Source: a virus | Length of the DNA: 64,000 nt | IMG/VR virus record: IMGVR_UViG_3300045988_138952 | Location: 1 to 64,000 of that record | Direction: 5' to 3' (one strand) | Shown: one piece after another, positions 63,172-64,000 of the stretch | Layout: each line of letters begins with the position of its first letter | Numbering within the stretch: position 1 is the first letter of the stretch | The notes under the pieces: model-generated | Database searches by the model: none | What the model was told of the DNA's origin: nothing | What the model saw: only the letters and a program-made list of their open reading frames with translations | Program-made: the position numbers and the translations under genes

Positions 63172-63836
63172 TAGAACAAGGTTCAAAGGAATGGCTGGTG
63201 TCCCGCTTGGGAAAGATAACTGGTAGCCGCATTGGTGACCTTATGACAAGCGGAAAGAGAGGGGAATTGTTTGGAAAGACAGCCCTTTCCTATATATATG
63301 AAGTCGCAGCAGAGCGTAATATTCTTCCTAAATATATTGAAGATGATTATCTGTTTGAGATATACCAAAACCAGGTAAGCATCAACAACAAGTTTATAGA
63401 GTTTGGGCATGATAATGAGGATTTCGCAGCCGAATGTTATCAGCTTGTTACCGGATGCGAACTTGAAGAGTGCGAAAGCATACAACATCCTACAATACCT
63501 TATTTCTCAGCTTCTCCCGACCGGATAGCGATTAGGAATGGCACAAGAAAGGTGGTAGAGGTGAAATGTCCTTTGCCTAAAACATTCATAGAATACATGG
63601 CAGAGGTTAAGGATAACAAAACTCTGAAAGCTGTTAATCCTAAATATTTCTACCAAGTACAAGCGGAGATGTCTTGTACGGGTTTGGGCAAAGCCGATTT
63701 TGTCGTTTTCTGCCCGTTCTTGAAGCATAGCATTCACATTGTAGAGATAACAAGAGATGAAGCTGTAATAGCCGAATTTGAGAAGCGTATAACCGAAGCA
63801 AATAAAATTATTAATCAAATACTCAATAAGAAATGA
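63168..63836 (+). CDS. YqaJ-like (lambda Exo fold) recombination exonuclease
   Basis: GSKEWLVSRLGKITGSRIGDLM and ASPDRI..VVEVKCP PD-(D/E)xK signature. Confidence 0.8.
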   Translation: MIEQGSKEWLVSRLGKITGSRIGDLMTSGKRGELFGKTALSYIYEVAAERNILPKYIEDDYLFEIYQNQVSINNKFIEFGHDNEDFAAECYQLVTGCELEECESIQHPTIPYFSASPDRIAIRNGTRKVVEVKCPLPKTFIEYMAEVKDNKTLKAVNPKYFYQVQAEMSCTGLGKADFVVFCPFLKHSIHIVEITRDEAVIAEFEKRITEANKIINQILNKK

Positions 63837-64000
63837 ATTTAACCGGAAACGTAAATTTGCTAAAGCTCGAAAAAGCGGGCATAGCAACAATCAAGAATAA
63901 GAAATGCGTTGTCATTCCTATAGAAGAAAACGACCTTTATGTAAGTATGGACGAGAACCTGAAAGCAAAAGCCGTCTATCTTAACGTTAATATTAATGAG
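63833..64000 (+). CDS. hypothetical protein, 3' end cut by window edge
   Basis: ATGA overlap with the exonuclease stop; open to the end of the window. Confidence 0.45.
   Translation, partial: MNLTGNVNLLKLEKAGIATIKNKKCVVIPIEENDLYVSMDENLKAKAVYLNVNINE

Noticed and set aside
1-64000. Stop-codon reassignment, suggested by phage-encoded tRNA-like genes
   Set aside because: All large structural and replication ORFs (1615, 1409, 785, 581, 537 and 535 aa) are intact in the standard code. I see no pattern of in-frame TAG or TGA interruptions.

Overview
The window reads as one temperate, siphovirus-like phage or prophage; I recognise no host housekeeping genes. A Bacteroidales host is likely, because many TAnnTTTG (-7 type) promoter boxes, CI-type 'WL.TG.G' HTH proteins and a BACON-like Ig domain are present. 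All calls rest on motif recognition by eye; no searches were run.

Modules in order:
- 0-7 kb: early genes, including a C5 cytosine methyltransferase overlapped by an HNH-AP2 ORF and a BRO/KilAC antirepressor.
- 7-40 kb, minus strand: a long late operon with scaffold, decoration protein, major capsid, connectors, major tail protein, tail chaperones, 1615-aa tape measure, Dit-like and Tal-like proteins, two tail fibres, an M15 endolysin and holin-like genes. A 5 kb accessory island sits between tape measure and Dit.
- 40.6-45 kb, plus strand: large terminase, portal and head morphogenesis genes.
- 46-48.7 kb: D5/P4-type primase-helicase and an AT-rich region with phased palindromes.
- 51-58 kb: two tyrosine recombinases, CI-like repressor, duplicated operator/promoter modules and an excisionase-like HTH.
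- 58.4-60.3 kb: two tRNA-like genes.
- 61-64 kb: a second HNH gene and a YqaJ exonuclease with a putative annealing protein.

Most unusual observations:
1. Two tandem genes behind a tail fibre are each gated by an identical G9-TAA tract.
2. Both tRNA-like genes are canonical except for 43-nt and 28-nt anticodon loop regions.
3. The methyltransferase locus is open in two frames for 1.4 kb, with real motifs in both.
4. Intrinsic terminators sit just downstream of promoters at several operon starts, including a conserved 50-nt element with a compensatory stem change. The element precedes both the scaffold block and the Dit block.
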